Of a stretch of 64,000 nt of DNA, positions 45,210 to 61,215 are shown in pieces. Every line of letters starts with the position of its first letter. Within the stretch, counting starts at the first letter, position 1. Origin of the DNA: Octopus vulgaris (Eukaryota); NCBI GenBank assembly GCA_951406725.2, contig OX597842.1, forward strand, positions 32,612,001-32,676,000, written 5' to 3'. A program made the translations under genes and the position numbers. The notes below the pieces were generated by a model that saw only the letters and a program-made list of their open reading frames with translations, had not been told where the DNA came from and searched no databases.

Positions 45210-45893
45210 TCGCACCGGAAGTTCCAATACGAACATCTCAGAGTGTTTGGGTGTCAATCTAAGGACATGTACCAAGAGGGATAAAAATCAAACATCCAGT
45301 CAACATCATGGTGTTTGGAATGATCGCTAGTGATGGCGACGTTACACCTCCATTCATCTTCTCACTCGGCCTCACACTCAACACTGCAGCCTACAACAAG
45401 TACCTGGAGGGGGCAGTGCTGCCCTATGTGAAGAGGGAGGCTACTGGAAGACCCTATGTCTAGCAACAGGACTCTGCACCATGCCACACAGGCAAGAGAA
45501 CCCAGCCATGGCTGTAAGACAATTTCTTTGACCACACCACTCCTAACATCTGGTCACCTAACTCCCAAGACTGCAACCCCTTGGATTATTATGTGTGGGG
45601 CAGAGTTGAACGCGAGACTAACAAAACTTCTTGTAACACCAAAGATTTACTGAAGGCAAGGATTATGGCAGCATTCACCAACTTAAACAAGGAGACCATC
45701 CAGAAGAGTTGCAGGAGATTCCAAAATCGTGTGGAGGTTGTGGTTGAAGCCAATGGCGATATTATTGAATAAATTTACTCTTTAGTATTTCAAGATATTT
45801 TTATGTAATTTTGGTAAATAAATCTGTTAAAATGAGATGTCAATGTTATTTGCATTTTTGCATAATTTGGACGACAGTTTGTTCACCGCACCC
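45210..45893 (+). pseudogene. Decayed Tc1/mariner DD37D (maT-type) transposase and right end
   Basis: [10 protein letters not shown]...*QQDSAPCHT...WSPNSQDCNPLDYYVWG...VVEANGDIIE* (ends 45772); 37 residues between the 2nd and 3rd catalytic Asp; two in-frame stops. Confidence 0.9.
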
Positions 45894-45894
45894 G

Positions 45895-46085
45895 TTGCTT
45901 CTTTTACTTGTTTCATTCATTAAGCTGCGTCTGGAGCACCGCTTTCAATAAACTTTAGTGCAACGAATCGACTCCAGTTTATATTCTATCGATCTCTTTT
46001 GCCAAACTGCTGAGTTACAGGGATGTAAACACTCCAGCACTGGTTGTCAAGCGGTGGTGGGGAACAAAGACACAAATCTACACGC

Positions 46086-46171
<86 letters not shown>

Positions 46172-46325
46172 CGGGCATCCTTCAGTTTCCATCTACCAAA
46201 TCGACTGACAAGTCTGTGGTCGGTTCAAGGCTACAGTAGAAGGCATTTGCCCAAGGGGCTATGGAGTGAGACTGAACACGGAACCTTGTGGTTGGGAAGC
46301 AAGCGTCTTACCACGCACCCATGTC
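45895..46325 (-). mobile_element. Diverged SINE family A
   Basis: Reverse-complement similarity across head, CORE-like part and tail. Confidence 0.65.
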
Positions 46326-46815
46326 TGTGCCCACACACACACACACACATTAATGACTGTTTGCTTCTATTTGTCCTTCACCACCATTTGACACCCACTG
46401 TTGGTTTGTTTACGTTCCAATAACATAGATTTAGCAAGAGACACAGATAGAATGTGTATAGGACTTGTAAAAAGGAAAAAAAAAGACCCAAAAAAACAAT
46501 AGAAGCAAGGGTGATTTTGATTAACCAAATCCCTTAAAATAGTGCAGCAGCATGGGCGTCGTCGCGTCCTAATAACTGGAACAATTAAAAAGCAGAAGTT
46601 AGGAGGACCCAAAATGAGTCCTCGAGGACTTGTAAAGGGTAGCCGTTGTAATGTGCGCTGGAACCCTCTTCCAGTGTATTTAAAACGACGTCAAATCGAA
46701 GGAGCCACAAAAAAGAGTGTGGAAATTGTGCTGGCTGTTGGTTTTGAAGATTGTTGTTTTCTAAAAGGAAGTCAGTTATTTTTTATCTCGTCACATTCTC
46801 GAATATTTTAATAAT

Positions 46816-47643
46816 CATCATTCATCATTGTTCGACCGTGGTCGAGACAATGGAATTTACCATGCTACGCCAGACTTCACGGTCCGTCATGGCATTACGG
46901 AGGTCCTGTTGCTGGATGCCTGTATCCCTGGAGATTACATCAGAGTAGGAGAGTGTGCGCCCTCTGGTATCGCGACCGTGGTCGAGACAATGGAATTTAC
47001 CATGCTACGCAAGACTTCACGGTCCGTCATGGCATTACGGAGGTCCTGTTGCTGGATGCCTGTATCCCTGGAGATTACATCAGAGTAGGAGAGTGTGCGC
47101 CCTCTGGTATCGCGACCGTGGTCGAGACAATGGAATTTACCATGCTACGCCAGACTTCACGGTCCATCATGGCATTACGGAGGTCCTGTTGCTGGATGCC
47201 TGTATCCCTGGAGATTGCATCAGAGTAGGAGAGTGTGCGCCCTTTGGTATCGCGACCGTGGTCAAGACAATGGAATTTACCATGCTACGCCAGACTTCAC
47301 GGTCCATCATAGCATTACGGAGGTCCTGTTGCTGGATGCCTGTATCCCCGGAGACTACATTAGGGTAGGAGAGTGTGTGCCCTCTGGTATTGCGAGTAGA
47401 TGGCTTCCAGAGGAGAAGAGAAGAAATTGCCTCGTTTTCAGCTCTACAACTATATGGCTCAGAAACCTGGACGTTATCAAAGAAACTTGAGAGGCGGTTG
47501 GATGGAACCTACACTCGCCTCCTTATGAGAGCTCAAAATCTCTCGTGGAAGCGTCATCCAACCAAAATGCAAATATATGGGAAACTACCACCTGTGTCAT
47601 CTCTTGTGAAGGGTAGGAGAGTCCAGTTTGCTGGACATTGTTG
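46816..47643 (-). mobile_element. RTE-like LINE 3' insertion with 5' inversion and 4x140-bp tandem 3' end
   Basis: 12-bp TSD TATTTTAATAAT (46804-46815 / 47644-47655); minus part encodes CRAENEAISSLLLWKPSTR.TRG...DREVWRSMV; plus part 47450-47643 encodes YGSETWTL...FAGHC; units start at 46833, 46973, 47113, 47253. Confidence 0.85.
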
Positions 47644-48051
47644 TATTTTAATAATAGTTAAGGTTAGTTAAGTAAAAATAAAATATAACACCTATCTATC
47701 TACCTGTCTCTCTGGCCTTCTCTGGGTTTATCTATTTAGATGAAGGGTGAGAAAGATTTTTGAATAGAAACAGTGAAAATAACTCAATATATAGATTTTA
47801 TGTATATTTAATATTTAGATTTATGTAGCTTCGCCACTAACACCCCCCACACACATATGCATATATGTATATAAGTTTGTATGTAGAAATGTTTGTATGT
47901 ATATATGTTTGTATGTGTGTATGTTTGTGTGTATGTTTGTGTGTATGTTTGTATGTATGAATGCATGTATGTATGTACGTATGTATGTATGTATGTATGT
48001 ATGTATGTATGTATGTATGTATGTATGTATGTATGTATTTATGTATGTACG

Positions 48052-48085
<34 letters not shown>

Positions 48086-48233
48086 TATATGTATAAATGT
48101 ATGCATGTATGTAGGTATGTGCGCATGTATGTATTTATGTACTACGTATGTATGTATGTATGTATGTATGCATGTGTGTGTATGTATATACATGCAAAAA
48201 TGTAGAGACACAAATGGAGAGAAGTATGTATGA

Positions 48234-48288
<55 letters not shown>

Positions 48289-48476
48289 GATAGACAGATA
48301 TATATATATGCACAGAGAGAGAGAGGGGTAGCGAGTGAGAGTGAGGTGCGAGAGAGAGAAAGAGATAGACAGAGTGGGATGTAGTTTCAGTGGTGTAGAT
48401 GAGGGAGAGATAAGTCGGAAGAGTGAGGGATATATATATAGAGAGAGAGCTATGAAGAGAGAAACAGAGAGAGAGG

Positions 48477-48508
<32 letters not shown>

Positions 48509-48927
48509 CCGATAGACAGACTAAGACAGAGAGTGTTAGGAAGAGGGCGAAGGGTAGGAGGTAAGTGGGCAAGGAGGGGAGATTAGGAAGGTGAGAGAGT
48601 GCATCCTTATTTAAAAGCCAATCACTGACCGGAAATCACTTTCGGTTAAGTGAATTGTGGGTAGAGAAAGAGAGAGAGAAGGACGGAGAGAAAGGGAGAG
48701 TGAGAAAGAGATAGAGAAGGAGGGGAGTCAGGGAGAGGGAGAAGGAGAGATTGTAGCGAGACGGATGTGTGTGTGTGCGTCTATTCGTACGTATGTATAT
48801 GTGTATATGTGTATTTATGTGTCTGTGTACAGTGTGTATATTATATAATATGTATATATCTATCTATCTATCAATAACTTTGTTTTTCTCTGTCTCTGCC
48901 TGCCTGTCTGTCTGTCTGTCTATCTTC

Positions 48928-48983
<56 letters not shown>

Positions 48984-49004
48984 TTAATTATCTACCTGTC
49001 TGTC

Positions 49005-49072
<68 letters not shown>

Positions 49073-49261
49073 CTTTGATCGGAAATTTATTTTCTCTGTT
49101 CTTTTTTCTTTCGAAAAAAAAAAGATAAGTTCTACATTGTATTTTGTCCCCTCTGTTTTCGGCCCTGTGTGGTCAATAAAGAAACATATCTATCTGTATC
49201 AAAGCCGACAGTCAGGCAGACAGAGAGATAAAAATAGATAGATAGATAGACAGACAAACAG

Positions 49262-49445
<184 letters not shown>

Positions 49446-49478
49446 GGATAGATAGATAGATAGATAGAAAGATAGATG

Positions 49479-49585
<107 letters not shown>

Positions 49586-49586
49586 G

Positions 49587-49619
<33 letters not shown>

Positions 49620-50152
49620 GCAGACAAGGACATAAAGATTGCGAAAGATGGAGAGGGGAGAAGTAGGAGAGACTGACATAAATGAAAGAGAGGGAGGGAA
49701 GGACGGACTGGTGGGATGATAGAGGGAGAAAGAGAGGCAGAGCGAAAGAATGACGAAGGTTAAATGGACGCGAGAGGGGTGAGCAGAGATGGAAGAGGCA
49801 GAGGAGGTGAGGGCAGAGTATGGAGATTAGAGGGAGAAGGAGTGAATGAAGAGAGCAGTAGGAGGGAGAGAAAGTGGATAGATTTAAAAGGGGGGTTACG
49901 AAGGGGAGGGTATGCGTGGTAGTTGTGGTGGTGGTGGTCGTGGGAGGAGAGGAGAGGGCGAGATTTCATATTTAGTTTAAAGACTTTGGCTTTGTAATAA
50001 GACTAATGAGGGCTGACAGGTATATCGCTAGAGCCGAAACCACCACCACTACCGGCACCACCAGCAGCAGCTCCACCACCACAACCACCACCACCACCAC
50101 CAGGGCCAACTTCTCTACCACTACCACTAGCACCACCATTACCATCATGACG

Positions 50153-50191
<39 letters not shown>

Positions 50192-50494
50192 TATTGGCGA
50201 TGATGATGATGATGATGTTGATGGTAATCAGCATCGTCATCATCAACATCATCATCAGCATCATCATCATCAGCATCATCATCATCATCGTCGTCGTCGT
50301 CGTCGTCGACATCACCATCATCATCATCATCATCATCACCATCGTCATCATCATCACCATCATCGTCGTCGTCGTCGTCGTCGTTGACATCACCATCATC
50401 ATCATCATCATCATCATCACCATCACTATCAACATCATCATCATCATCATCACCACCACAACCATCATCATCATCTTAATCATCATCATCATCG

Positions 50495-50605
<111 letters not shown>

Positions 50606-50612
50606 CCATCTT

Positions 50613-50664
<52 letters not shown>

Positions 50665-50665
50665 G

Positions 50666-50712
<47 letters not shown>

Positions 50713-50826
50713 GGTATTATCATCATCACCACTGTCACCGCCTCCACCTTCATCACCACGCCCCTCCACCACAAAACAGCAATTACTGCTAGTACCTTTA
50801 ATACTACAACAAGAACTACTACTACA

Positions 50827-50890
<64 letters not shown>

Positions 50891-51436
50891 TAACTACAAC
50901 TACCTAAATTTCCGGCATCATTACTGGCACCCATACTACTATTACTGCTACTCAAACCGACGACTCTGTTGCAAGCCACCACCATCACCACCACAACCAC
51001 ACCGACAGCAACACACTACCACCTAAACTACCACAAACATTGCGCTTCATAAACACCACTACTGCCGCATATACTACCTCCATTGCAGCACCCCTAACAG
51101 CACCAAAACTACCTCATATACTTTAACTATTGCCTTCAGAAACAAGCGACCACTATCTCCAGCCACGGCCTATACTACAATATCTATTCCATAGTCACTT
51201 ATACAACTAGCGCCAATACCTCTTTCGACGTTACAGTAACAACCACAAATACTGGCACCATCACATACAAACACCACTACTACAACTACCACCACTGCGT
51301 TATTAGTAACGCCACTTACGTAGGACCGCAACTAGCGCCTATACACACAGAAAATGTCTCTCTTGGTAAATCTTAGCTGAGAAGCAAAAAGGTTCGTCTT
51401 GATCAGGTCTGACTTGAGGTTAAACTGCAACGATAA

Positions 51437-52302
<866 letters not shown>

Positions 52303-52335
52303 ATAACTGCTACTGCTGCTACTACTACTCACTAC

Positions 52336-52394
<59 letters not shown>

Positions 52395-52451
52395 GGCACA
52401 ATATGCATCTGTTTGCTTGCAGAAAAGAGTAGAACTCACCAAAACCACGGA

Positions 52452-52873
52452 TCTCTCTATATATAAACGGCAGTTTGTCTGTCTGTGTGTCTGTTAGGTT
52501 GTACCCTCACCCTGACCACGGCTTTCAACCGATTCTGATGAAACTTGACACACACATAGCCCAATGTCATAATTCAAAACTAACGCAGCGAAAATTTTGA
52601 AAAGTTCCCCCAGTTCTGAAAAGAATCGATAAATTCGACATGAGGTCGAGAATCTAAGCTTTTTATATGCGACACATTTTCTGTTGTAGTTTTTGCAACT
52701 TGCAATCGGGAGACAGCTAGGAACATCGTATACACAGAAGTATTCGAGTGAAGAGAAGACATTGCAACCTACACATGCGCCTTCGTTCCCTAGAGGGAAA
52801 GGACTAGATTGGGATTAGTCGTTGCCTACTAGGGGCTCTTACATACTCGGGCAACGCCGGGCTATGCTGCTAG
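52452..52873 (+). mobile_element. Non-autonomous Helitron
   Basis: A|TCTCTCTATATATAAACGG ... CTCGGGCAACGCCGGG hairpin, CTATGCTGCTAG|T. Confidence 0.85.
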
Positions 52874-52984
52874 TCTCTCATTATATGTAAACACGCGCGG
52901 TAAGCAATGTTTTACCAAAATGGAAAACTAAAAGCGTCACTAAATATAAGTGAGGATGTTAGAAACAGCTACATTATTTTTTAT

Positions 52985-53648
52985 TCTAGGCACAAGGCTC
53001 AAAGTGTTTGGGAAGGGAGGGGGTATTCGACTACATAGACCCCAGTGCGTAACTGGTACTTAATTTATCGACCCCGAAAGGATGAAAGGCAAAGCTGACC
53101 TCGGAGGAATTTGAACTCAGAACGTAGCGACAGACACTTTACCCATTTCTTTACTGCCCACAAGGGGCTAAACACAGAGGGGACAAACGGATTAAGTCGA
53201 GTACATCGAATCCAGTGCATAACTGGTACTTAATTTATCGGCCCCGAAAGGATAAAAGGCAAAGCTGACCTCGGAGGAATTTGAACTCAGAACGTAGCGA
53301 CAGAAACTTTACCCATTTCTTTACTGCCCACAAGGGGCTAAACACAGAGGGGACAAACGGATTAAGTCGAGTACATCGAATCCAGTGCATAACTGGTACT
53401 TAATTTATCGACCCCGAAAGGATAAAAGGCTAAGTCGACCTCGACGGAATTTGAACTCAGAACTTAACAGCAGACGAAATACCCATTTCTTTACTGCCCA
53501 CAAGGGGCTAAACAAAGAGGGGACAAACGGACAGACAAAGGGATTAAGTCGACTACATCGACCCCGGTGCGTAACTGGTACTAAATTTATCGACCCCGAG
53601 AGGATGAAAGGCAAAGTCAACCTCGGCGGAATTTGAACTCAGAACGTA
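52985..53648 (-). mobile_element. Tandem array of SINE family B core units (about 4)
   Basis: Repeated AACTGGTACTTAATTTATCGACCCCGAAAGGAT.AAAGGC...GGAATTTGAACTCAGAAC with ~175-bp period. Confidence 0.85.
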
Positions 53649-53684
53649 AAGATATATATACATGTGTTTCTGAATGTGTATGAC

Positions 53685-53734
<50 letters not shown>

Positions 53735-54296
53735 TGCATATGTGTGTGAGAATGTGTGCGTGTGTGCGCATGTGTGTATATATTTCGATATATCTGCACA
53801 CACGTGGAAAGTTTGATGGAAAAGCAAACGGATATGTAACGGGTCAGCCGGAAAAAAAATAAGGCGTGACCAAGAAGTTTCGGTTGGCGAGGGGTCGGTG
53901 CGCGTCTTCGCCTTGATGGCGGCGGCCGCAGCGGATGAAATGGGGCCGTGGTGGTGATAGTGGTGGAGTAGGGGTTTAGCATTGCGGTAGTAGACGCGGT
54001 AGTGTTGAAGGTGTTGTTTTTGTTGTTGGTGGTGACGATGATATTGGTGGGAGTTTTGGTGGTGGTGGTGGTGGTGGTGGTGGTGGTTGTAGGTGCCGGG
54101 GGGCGGTCAGGGTTGGCGGCGGACCGATTGCATGTCGAGCTAATCGAATTATCGAACGGTCGAACTACGCTATTGATAGCAACAGCAACAACAAGAAGAA
54201 GAGGAAGAATAAAACTACCGCCGCCACCACCACCATAGGCGCTATCAACAACACCAATAGAAGCAACGATGACTACGGCGACAATAATGATGGTGT

Positions 54297-54338
<42 letters not shown>

Positions 54339-54406
54339 CGACGACGATGTTGATGATGATGATGACGACGATGACGACGCCAACGATGATGATGACGATG
54401 ATGATG

Positions 54407-54438
<32 letters not shown>

Positions 54439-54579
54439 GGTGATGGTGATGATGATGATGATGATGATGATGATGGTGATGATGGTGATGATGATGATGA
54501 TGACGATGATGATGATTATGATGGTGATGATGATGGTGATGATGATGATTATTATGATGATGATGATGATGATACTGAA

Positions 54580-54660
<81 letters not shown>

Positions 54661-55720
54661 GATGATGGTGATGGTGACGACGGCGACGTGATGATGATGG
54701 TAATGATGAGGGAGATGATGATGATGACGATGATGGCTTCGAAACCCGACCACCTCTACCACCACCACCACCACCACCACCACCACCACCACCACCACCA
54801 CCACCACCACCGCCCTCATCACCACCACCACCAATACCACAACTATCACCGCCACCATCATCACCATCATCACCATCATCACCGCCACCATCATCACCAT
54901 CATCACCATCACCACCACCACCATCACCACCATCACCACCACCATCACCATCACCACCACCACCATCACCACCATCACTACCACCAATACCACCACCACG
55001 ACCGCTACCACTGCCGTTACTCCGACGACCACGTCGAACACCATAACATACTTCGAACCGCTACACGCCCCTCCACCACGGCCATGACCACCCTCGGCGG
55101 TGGAGGCACCATCGACGCCACCCGGGGCCTCCACTGATTATAATCCAGTCTGATTAGACGTAAAAGCAAATGTTTGATGATGTAAATATATAATGTGATG
55201 TGATTGGTTGAAGAAGAGGAGGAGAGAGAAGAGGAAGTGGAGGGGATAATGTGAAGAGGAAGAGGAAGGAAAAGAAGAAGGAACACAGAAGGAAGAGAAG
55301 AGGAGGAAGAAGAGAAAGAAAAGGGAAGAGGAAATAGAGGAAGAGATAGATGACGAAGGAGGCGGAGGAGGAGGAGGAGGAGAAGAAGGTGAAGTTGAAG
55401 AAGGAGGAGGAGGAAAAGAAGTAGACAAAGTTTAGGAGGAGGAGGAGGAGACGAAGTGAATGAAGAAGGAAGATAAGACGAAAAGAAGAAGAGGAGGATG
55501 TGGTGGAAAAAGAAGTTGAAGAGGAAAAAGGGGAGGACGAGAAGAAGAGAAGAAGAAGAAGAAGAAGAAGAAGAATGAAGAAGAAAAAGAAAAAAATGAA
55601 GAAAAGGAAGACAAATAAAGAAGAATGAAGGAGAAGAAGAAGGAGAAGAAGAAGAAGAAGAAGAAGAATGAGGAAACAGGAGAAAGAGAAGAAATACAAG
55701 AAGAAATTGAAGTAGAATAA

Positions 55721-55916
55721 GTTTGTCCCCCCCCACCAACATCACTTGACAACCGATGCTGGTGTGTTTACGTTCCTTGTAACTTAGCGGTTCGGTAAAA
55801 GAGACCGATAGAATAAGTACTAGGCTTACAAAGAATAAGTCCTGGGTTCGATTTGTTCGACTAAAGGCGGTGCTCCAGCATGGCCACAGTCAAATGACTG
55901 AAACAAGTAAAAGAGT
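55721..55916 (+). mobile_element. SINE family A 3' half
   Basis: Matches the tail consensus. Confidence 0.8.
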
Positions 55917-56043
55917 ATGTATATATATATATACATACATACATTATATATATATATACATACATTATATATATATATATATACATATACATACATACAT
56001 TATATATATATATATATATATATATAATGTATATATATATGTA

Positions 56044-56074
<31 letters not shown>

Positions 56075-56146
56075 TGTTTTATGAGTTCATGCCAGGTGGC
56101 TGTGGTCATGTTGGAACACCACCATAATGAGGATTTACGGCCATTC

Positions 56147-56211
<65 letters not shown>

Positions 56212-56438
56212 TACATATACGAAAGAAGGTTTGAAAATGCAATTTGAAAAGATATTTATTTACTTTACCGGTTTCACTCTTTGGAAAAAGATTGTCAACA
56301 GTAACATGTAGAAGTTTGGTTGCGTTAATTACTGGTTGTTGCAAATTGCTACATTACATATATACAGTCTTTGGTAACAAGGACATGTTAAGGACATAAA
56401 AAAGTTAAACAAGTTCCTTAAAATATTGGACACAAAAG

Positions 56439-56722
56439 GGTAAAGGGTAAAGACCCCCTTCGGTCATGACTGACCATGGGATTGCACCTAGAAAGTTACC
56501 CTCCTAGACACAAGTCTGGGCAAGGTGGTTTATGGAAGACCAGCAGTCGCCCATGCATACCAGCCTCCCCTCTCCACGCCACCAGTGTTATCCAAGGGGA
56601 AAGGCAAAGGGGCCGATACAGCTTGGCACCAGTGTCGTCGCAACTCATTTCTACAGCTGAGTGAACTGGAGCAACGTGAAATAAAGTGTCTTGCTCAAGA
56701 ACACAACACGCAGCCCGGTCCG
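56439..56722 (-). mobile_element. 5'-truncated SINE with (TTTACC)-type tail and 11-bp TSD
   Basis: TSD GGACACAAAAG at 56428-56438 / 56723-56733; empty site visible in the paralogue at ~1486-1495; TTCTTGAGCAAGACACTTTATTTCA segment shared with 57590-57665. Confidence 0.8.
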
Positions 56723-56948
56723 GGACACAAAAGATTACAACATAAATATACATTCTCAAGAACATGTTAAAGGTAGTTTTCAGAAGGAATTATTAAAAAG
56801 TTCAGTGGGATATTGGTATTGTATCTGCATATTCAAACACGCACAGAATATTGGTTGACACAGAGTACTACTATACATATATATACATTGTTTAGTGACG
56901 AGAGCATGTTAAGAACATAAGAAAGTTTAAATTATCTTGAGAACGTAT

Positions 56949-57179
56949 ACTCTTTTACTCTTTGACTCTTTTACTTGTTTCAGTCATTTGACTGTGGCCA
57001 TGCTGGAACACCACCTTTTAGTCGAGTAAATCGAGCCCAGGACTTATTCTTTGTAAGCCTAGTACTTATTCTATCGGTCTCTTTTGCCGAACCGCTAAGT
57101 TCCAGGGACGTAAACACACCACCATCGATTGTCAAGCGATGTTGGGGGGACAAACACACACACACAAACATATATACAT

Positions 57180-57210
<31 letters not shown>

Positions 57211-57381
57211 CATATATACGACGGGCTACTTTCAGTTTCCGTCTACCAAATCTACTCACAAGGCTTTGGTCGTCCCGGGGCTATAGTAGAAGACACTTGC
57301 CCAAGGTGCCATGCAGTGGGACTGAACCCGGAACCATGTGGTTCATAAGCAAGCTACTTACCACACAGCCACTCCCACGCC
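56949..57381 (-). mobile_element. SINE family A, full length
   Basis: Reverse complement of the consensus. Confidence 0.85.
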
Positions 57382-57454
57382 TAATATATTTGTTGTAATC
57401 TTTTGTGCCCAATATTTCAATGAACTTGTTAAACATTTTTATGTTCTTAACATG

Positions 57455-57734
57455 TGATCAACAGGACAGCTTGCTCGTGAAATTAAGGTGCAAGTGGCTG
57501 AGAATTCCACAGACATGGGTACCCTTAACGTGGTTCGCAAGGAGATTCAGTGTGACACAGAGTGTGACAAGGCCAGCCCTGTGAAATACAGGCACAACTC
57601 ATTTTTTACCAGCTAAGTGGAGTGGAGCAACATGAAATAAAGTGTCTTGCTCAAGAACACAACGCATTGCTGGGAATTGAACTCACGACCTTACCATAAT
57701 TAGCTGAAAGCCCGAACCACTAAGCCACGCGCCC
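57455..57734 (-). mobile_element. tRNA-derived SINE related to family C
   Basis: Minus-strand head GGGCGCGTGGCTTAGTGGTT...GAGTTCAATTCCC; 3' part homologous to 26560-26700. Confidence 0.75.
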
Positions 57735-57898
57735 ATATATGCATGTATATATACATATATATGTAGGTATGTACATATATGTATGTATATATGCATATAT
57801 TTATACATTATTTATATCTTTATATGATCGAACGCTACGCATCCTTTTCCAAGTCTCTCTCTCTATCTGTCTAGCCCTGTGTGGCTAATAAAGAAACA

Positions 57899-58040
<142 letters not shown>

Positions 58041-58044
58041 ACTA

Positions 58045-58152
<108 letters not shown>

Positions 58153-58293
58153 ATCTATCTTACTGTGTATCTTTGCGTGTATGTATGTATGTATGTATCT
58201 ATCTATCTATCTACCTATGTATGCATGTATGTATATATATATATATATGCATCTGCATCCACTCTCGCATACGCACGCGTACACACACACACG

Positions 58294-58352
<59 letters not shown>

Positions 58353-60574
58353 CTATACACGAATCAAACTTCCTCCTGCCGCACCTACAAGTAAAAAAAA
58401 ACAACAACAACCTCCCACCTTACAGCAGCCTCTCCAGATACAGCATCAACACCACACCGCCATCTCACCACACCGCTGCACCACCACCACCACCACCACC
58501 ACCACCACCACCACCACCACCCCGAGCCCAATTATCTTGCTCTCCTCCTCCTCCTCTCCACCAACTGCTCACAGCAGGTCATCAGGCTCTATCAAACCGC
58601 AACACACCTTGCTCGCAAGCCGCGATCCCGCGCCGCGCCGCCCCGATCCGCTCACAAATCTACCATTAGGTTAATTGAGATCAAGTAGTGAAGAAGATAA
58701 GGGAGAAATGCGAGAAAGGTGTTGGACTATGGTGGTGGCGGCGGTGGTGGTGGTGGTGGTGGTGGTGGTGGTGGTGGTGGTGGTGGTGGTGGTGGTGGTG
58801 ATGGTGATGTTTATTGTAGTGGTTGTGGTGGTGGTGGTGGTGATAGTTGGGTTGTTGGTGGCGGTGATTGTGATCGTGGTGTTGGTGGTGGTGGTAGTTT
58901 TGGTGGTGGTAGTTTTGGTGGTGGTAGTTTTGGTGGTGGTGGTGGTGGTATAGGTGGTGGTGTTGGTGTTGTTGTTGGTGGTGGTCGTGGAAGTGGTTGA
59001 GGCGGTAGTGGTGTATGTAGTAGTAGTGGTGGTAGTGGTTGTAGTGATGATGGTTGTGGTGGTGGCGTTAGTGGTAGTTGTGGTGGTGGCGTTAGTGGTA
59101 GTAGTGGTAGTTGTGGTGGTGGTTATTCTGATGGTTGTGGTGAAGGTGGTGGTGATGGTTGTGTTGTTGGTGGTGGTAGTTTTGGTGGTGGTAATGGTGG
59201 TGGTGGTGGTGGTGGTGTTGGTGTTGTTGCTGTTGGTGGAAGTGGTTTAGGCGGTAGTGGTGCATGTAGTAGTGGTGGTGGTGGTGATGATGTTTGTGGT
59301 TGTGGCGGTAGTGGTTGTGGCGGTGGTGGTGATGCTGGTTGTGGTGGTAGTGGTAGTGGTTGTAGTTGAGGTGGTGGTTATTGTGACGGTGATTTTGATG
59401 GTGGTGTTGGTGTTGTTGCTGTTAGTTATAGTGGAAGTGGTTGAGACGGTAGTGGTGTAGGTAGTAGTGGTGGTGGTGGTGGTTGTGGTGATGGTGGTGG
59501 TGTTGAAGTATGGTGGTTTTCAGGATATGGTGTTGCTGGTGCTTCACGAACATGGCGATAGTAGTTTGGGGAGATGTAGGGGTGGTGATTGTGGTTGTGA
59601 TAGTTGAGGCGGTAGTGGTGGTGATGGTGATGGTAGTTGCGGTGATGGTGTTGGTGGTGATGGTGGTGATTGTGGTAGTGATGATGACAGTGGCGGTGGT
59701 GGTGGTGGTGGAAGTGGTTGAGGCGGTAGTTGTGTAGGTGGTAGTGGTGGTGGTTGTGGTGGTTGCGGTGGAGGTGTTGGTGGTGGTGATTGTGGTAGTG
59801 GTGGAAGTGGTTGAGGCGGTAGTGGTTTAGGTTGTAGTGGTGGTGGTGATGATGGTTGTTGTAGTGGTAGTGATGATGGTAGTGAAGGTGCTAGTGACGG
59901 TGGTGGTTGTGGTAGTGGTGATAGTATAAGTAGTAGTAGCAGTGGATCTAGTGATGATGATTGTGGTGGTAGCGGTGGTGGTTGTGGTGGTGGTGGTGGC
60001 GATGAAAATACCACCAAGGAAGGTGATGGCGGCGTCGGATCTAAAATATGAACATTACAGTCAGGACATAGTGTCGTTGGCGGTAGTATGGGTGGTGGTA
60101 CTGAAGGTAGTGTAGCAGTAGTGACTGAATACCGTTGTGGTAGAGGTGGTAGTGGTATTTGCAAAACAATGATAGTAACATCTCAGCATAGTAGAAGTGG
60201 TGGTTGTGTTGGTGATGTAGTGGTAGTAGCGGTGGTAGTTTTGGTAATGCAGATAAAGGATTAACGGAAATAGCACAGAACTGTTAGCGGGGTGGTGAGG
60301 TGCTGTCGCCTGTGCTGTAGTCATTGTGGTAGCACAGACATGGCATTGGTGTGGAGGATGCGGTGGTAGTTGTAGTATAGACAGAGCAAGAGGTGGTGAA
60401 CAGCTAATCAGATTACAGTGGTGGTGGATGTAGTGTTGGTGGTGGTGGCAGTGTAATGGTAATAGTATTATAGTATTAATGTGGTGGTGGTGGTGGTGGT
60501 GGTACCAAAGCATTGAAATGTTAGTGTAGTAGTGTAGTAGTGCAAGACCGAGAAATGCTACATGTGTGGTGTGG

Positions 60575-60913
60575 GCGTGGGTGCGTGGGAAGAAGTTCGC
60601 TTTCCAACCACATGGTTCCGGGTTCATTCCCACTGCGCGGCACCTTGGGCAAGTGTCTTCTACTATAGCCTCGGGCCGACCAAAGCCTTGTGAGTGGATT
60701 TGGTCGACGGAAACTGAAAGAAGTCCGTCGCATATATGTATATATATAGGTGCAGGAGTGGCTGTGTGGTAAGGAGCTTGCTTACCAGCCACAGGGTTCC
60801 GGGTTCAGTCCCACTGCGTGGCATCTTGGGCAAGTGTCTTCTACTATAGCCTCGGGCCGACCAAAGCCTTGTGAGTGGATTTGGTAGATGGAAACTGAAA
60901 GAAGCTCGTCCTA

Positions 60914-60958
<45 letters not shown>

Positions 60959-61131
60959 ATAATAACAAAGGGTAAAATTAATTAATTAAGAAGTAATCAA
61001 TAATTTCACCAAGTAGAATTCGGCATGAAAAGGACCATTTCACGGCAAACTTAAGTAATACTTTCTAATTAGGGTTCAGCAAAGATTTTGTATGTGGTAA
61101 AGCAAATCTTTGCTGAACCCTAATTATAAAG

Positions 61132-61215
<84 letters not shown>

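Larger units (their letters stand above)
56218..57455. mobile_element. Second copy of the 1246-1665 element with nested SINEs and an inverted segment (57383-57455)
   Basis: 56218-56837 aligns to 1286-1599 once 56439-56722 is removed. Confidence 0.7.

Noticed and set aside
46833-47394. 140-bp tandem repeat as CRISPR array or repeat protein
   Set aside because: No unique spacers, and the unit is the C-terminus of an RTE ORF on the minus strand.
52530-52550. CTGATGAAAC in the Helitron
   Set aside because: CUGAUGA and GAAA overlap with no stem II; it is part of a common Helitron internal motif.
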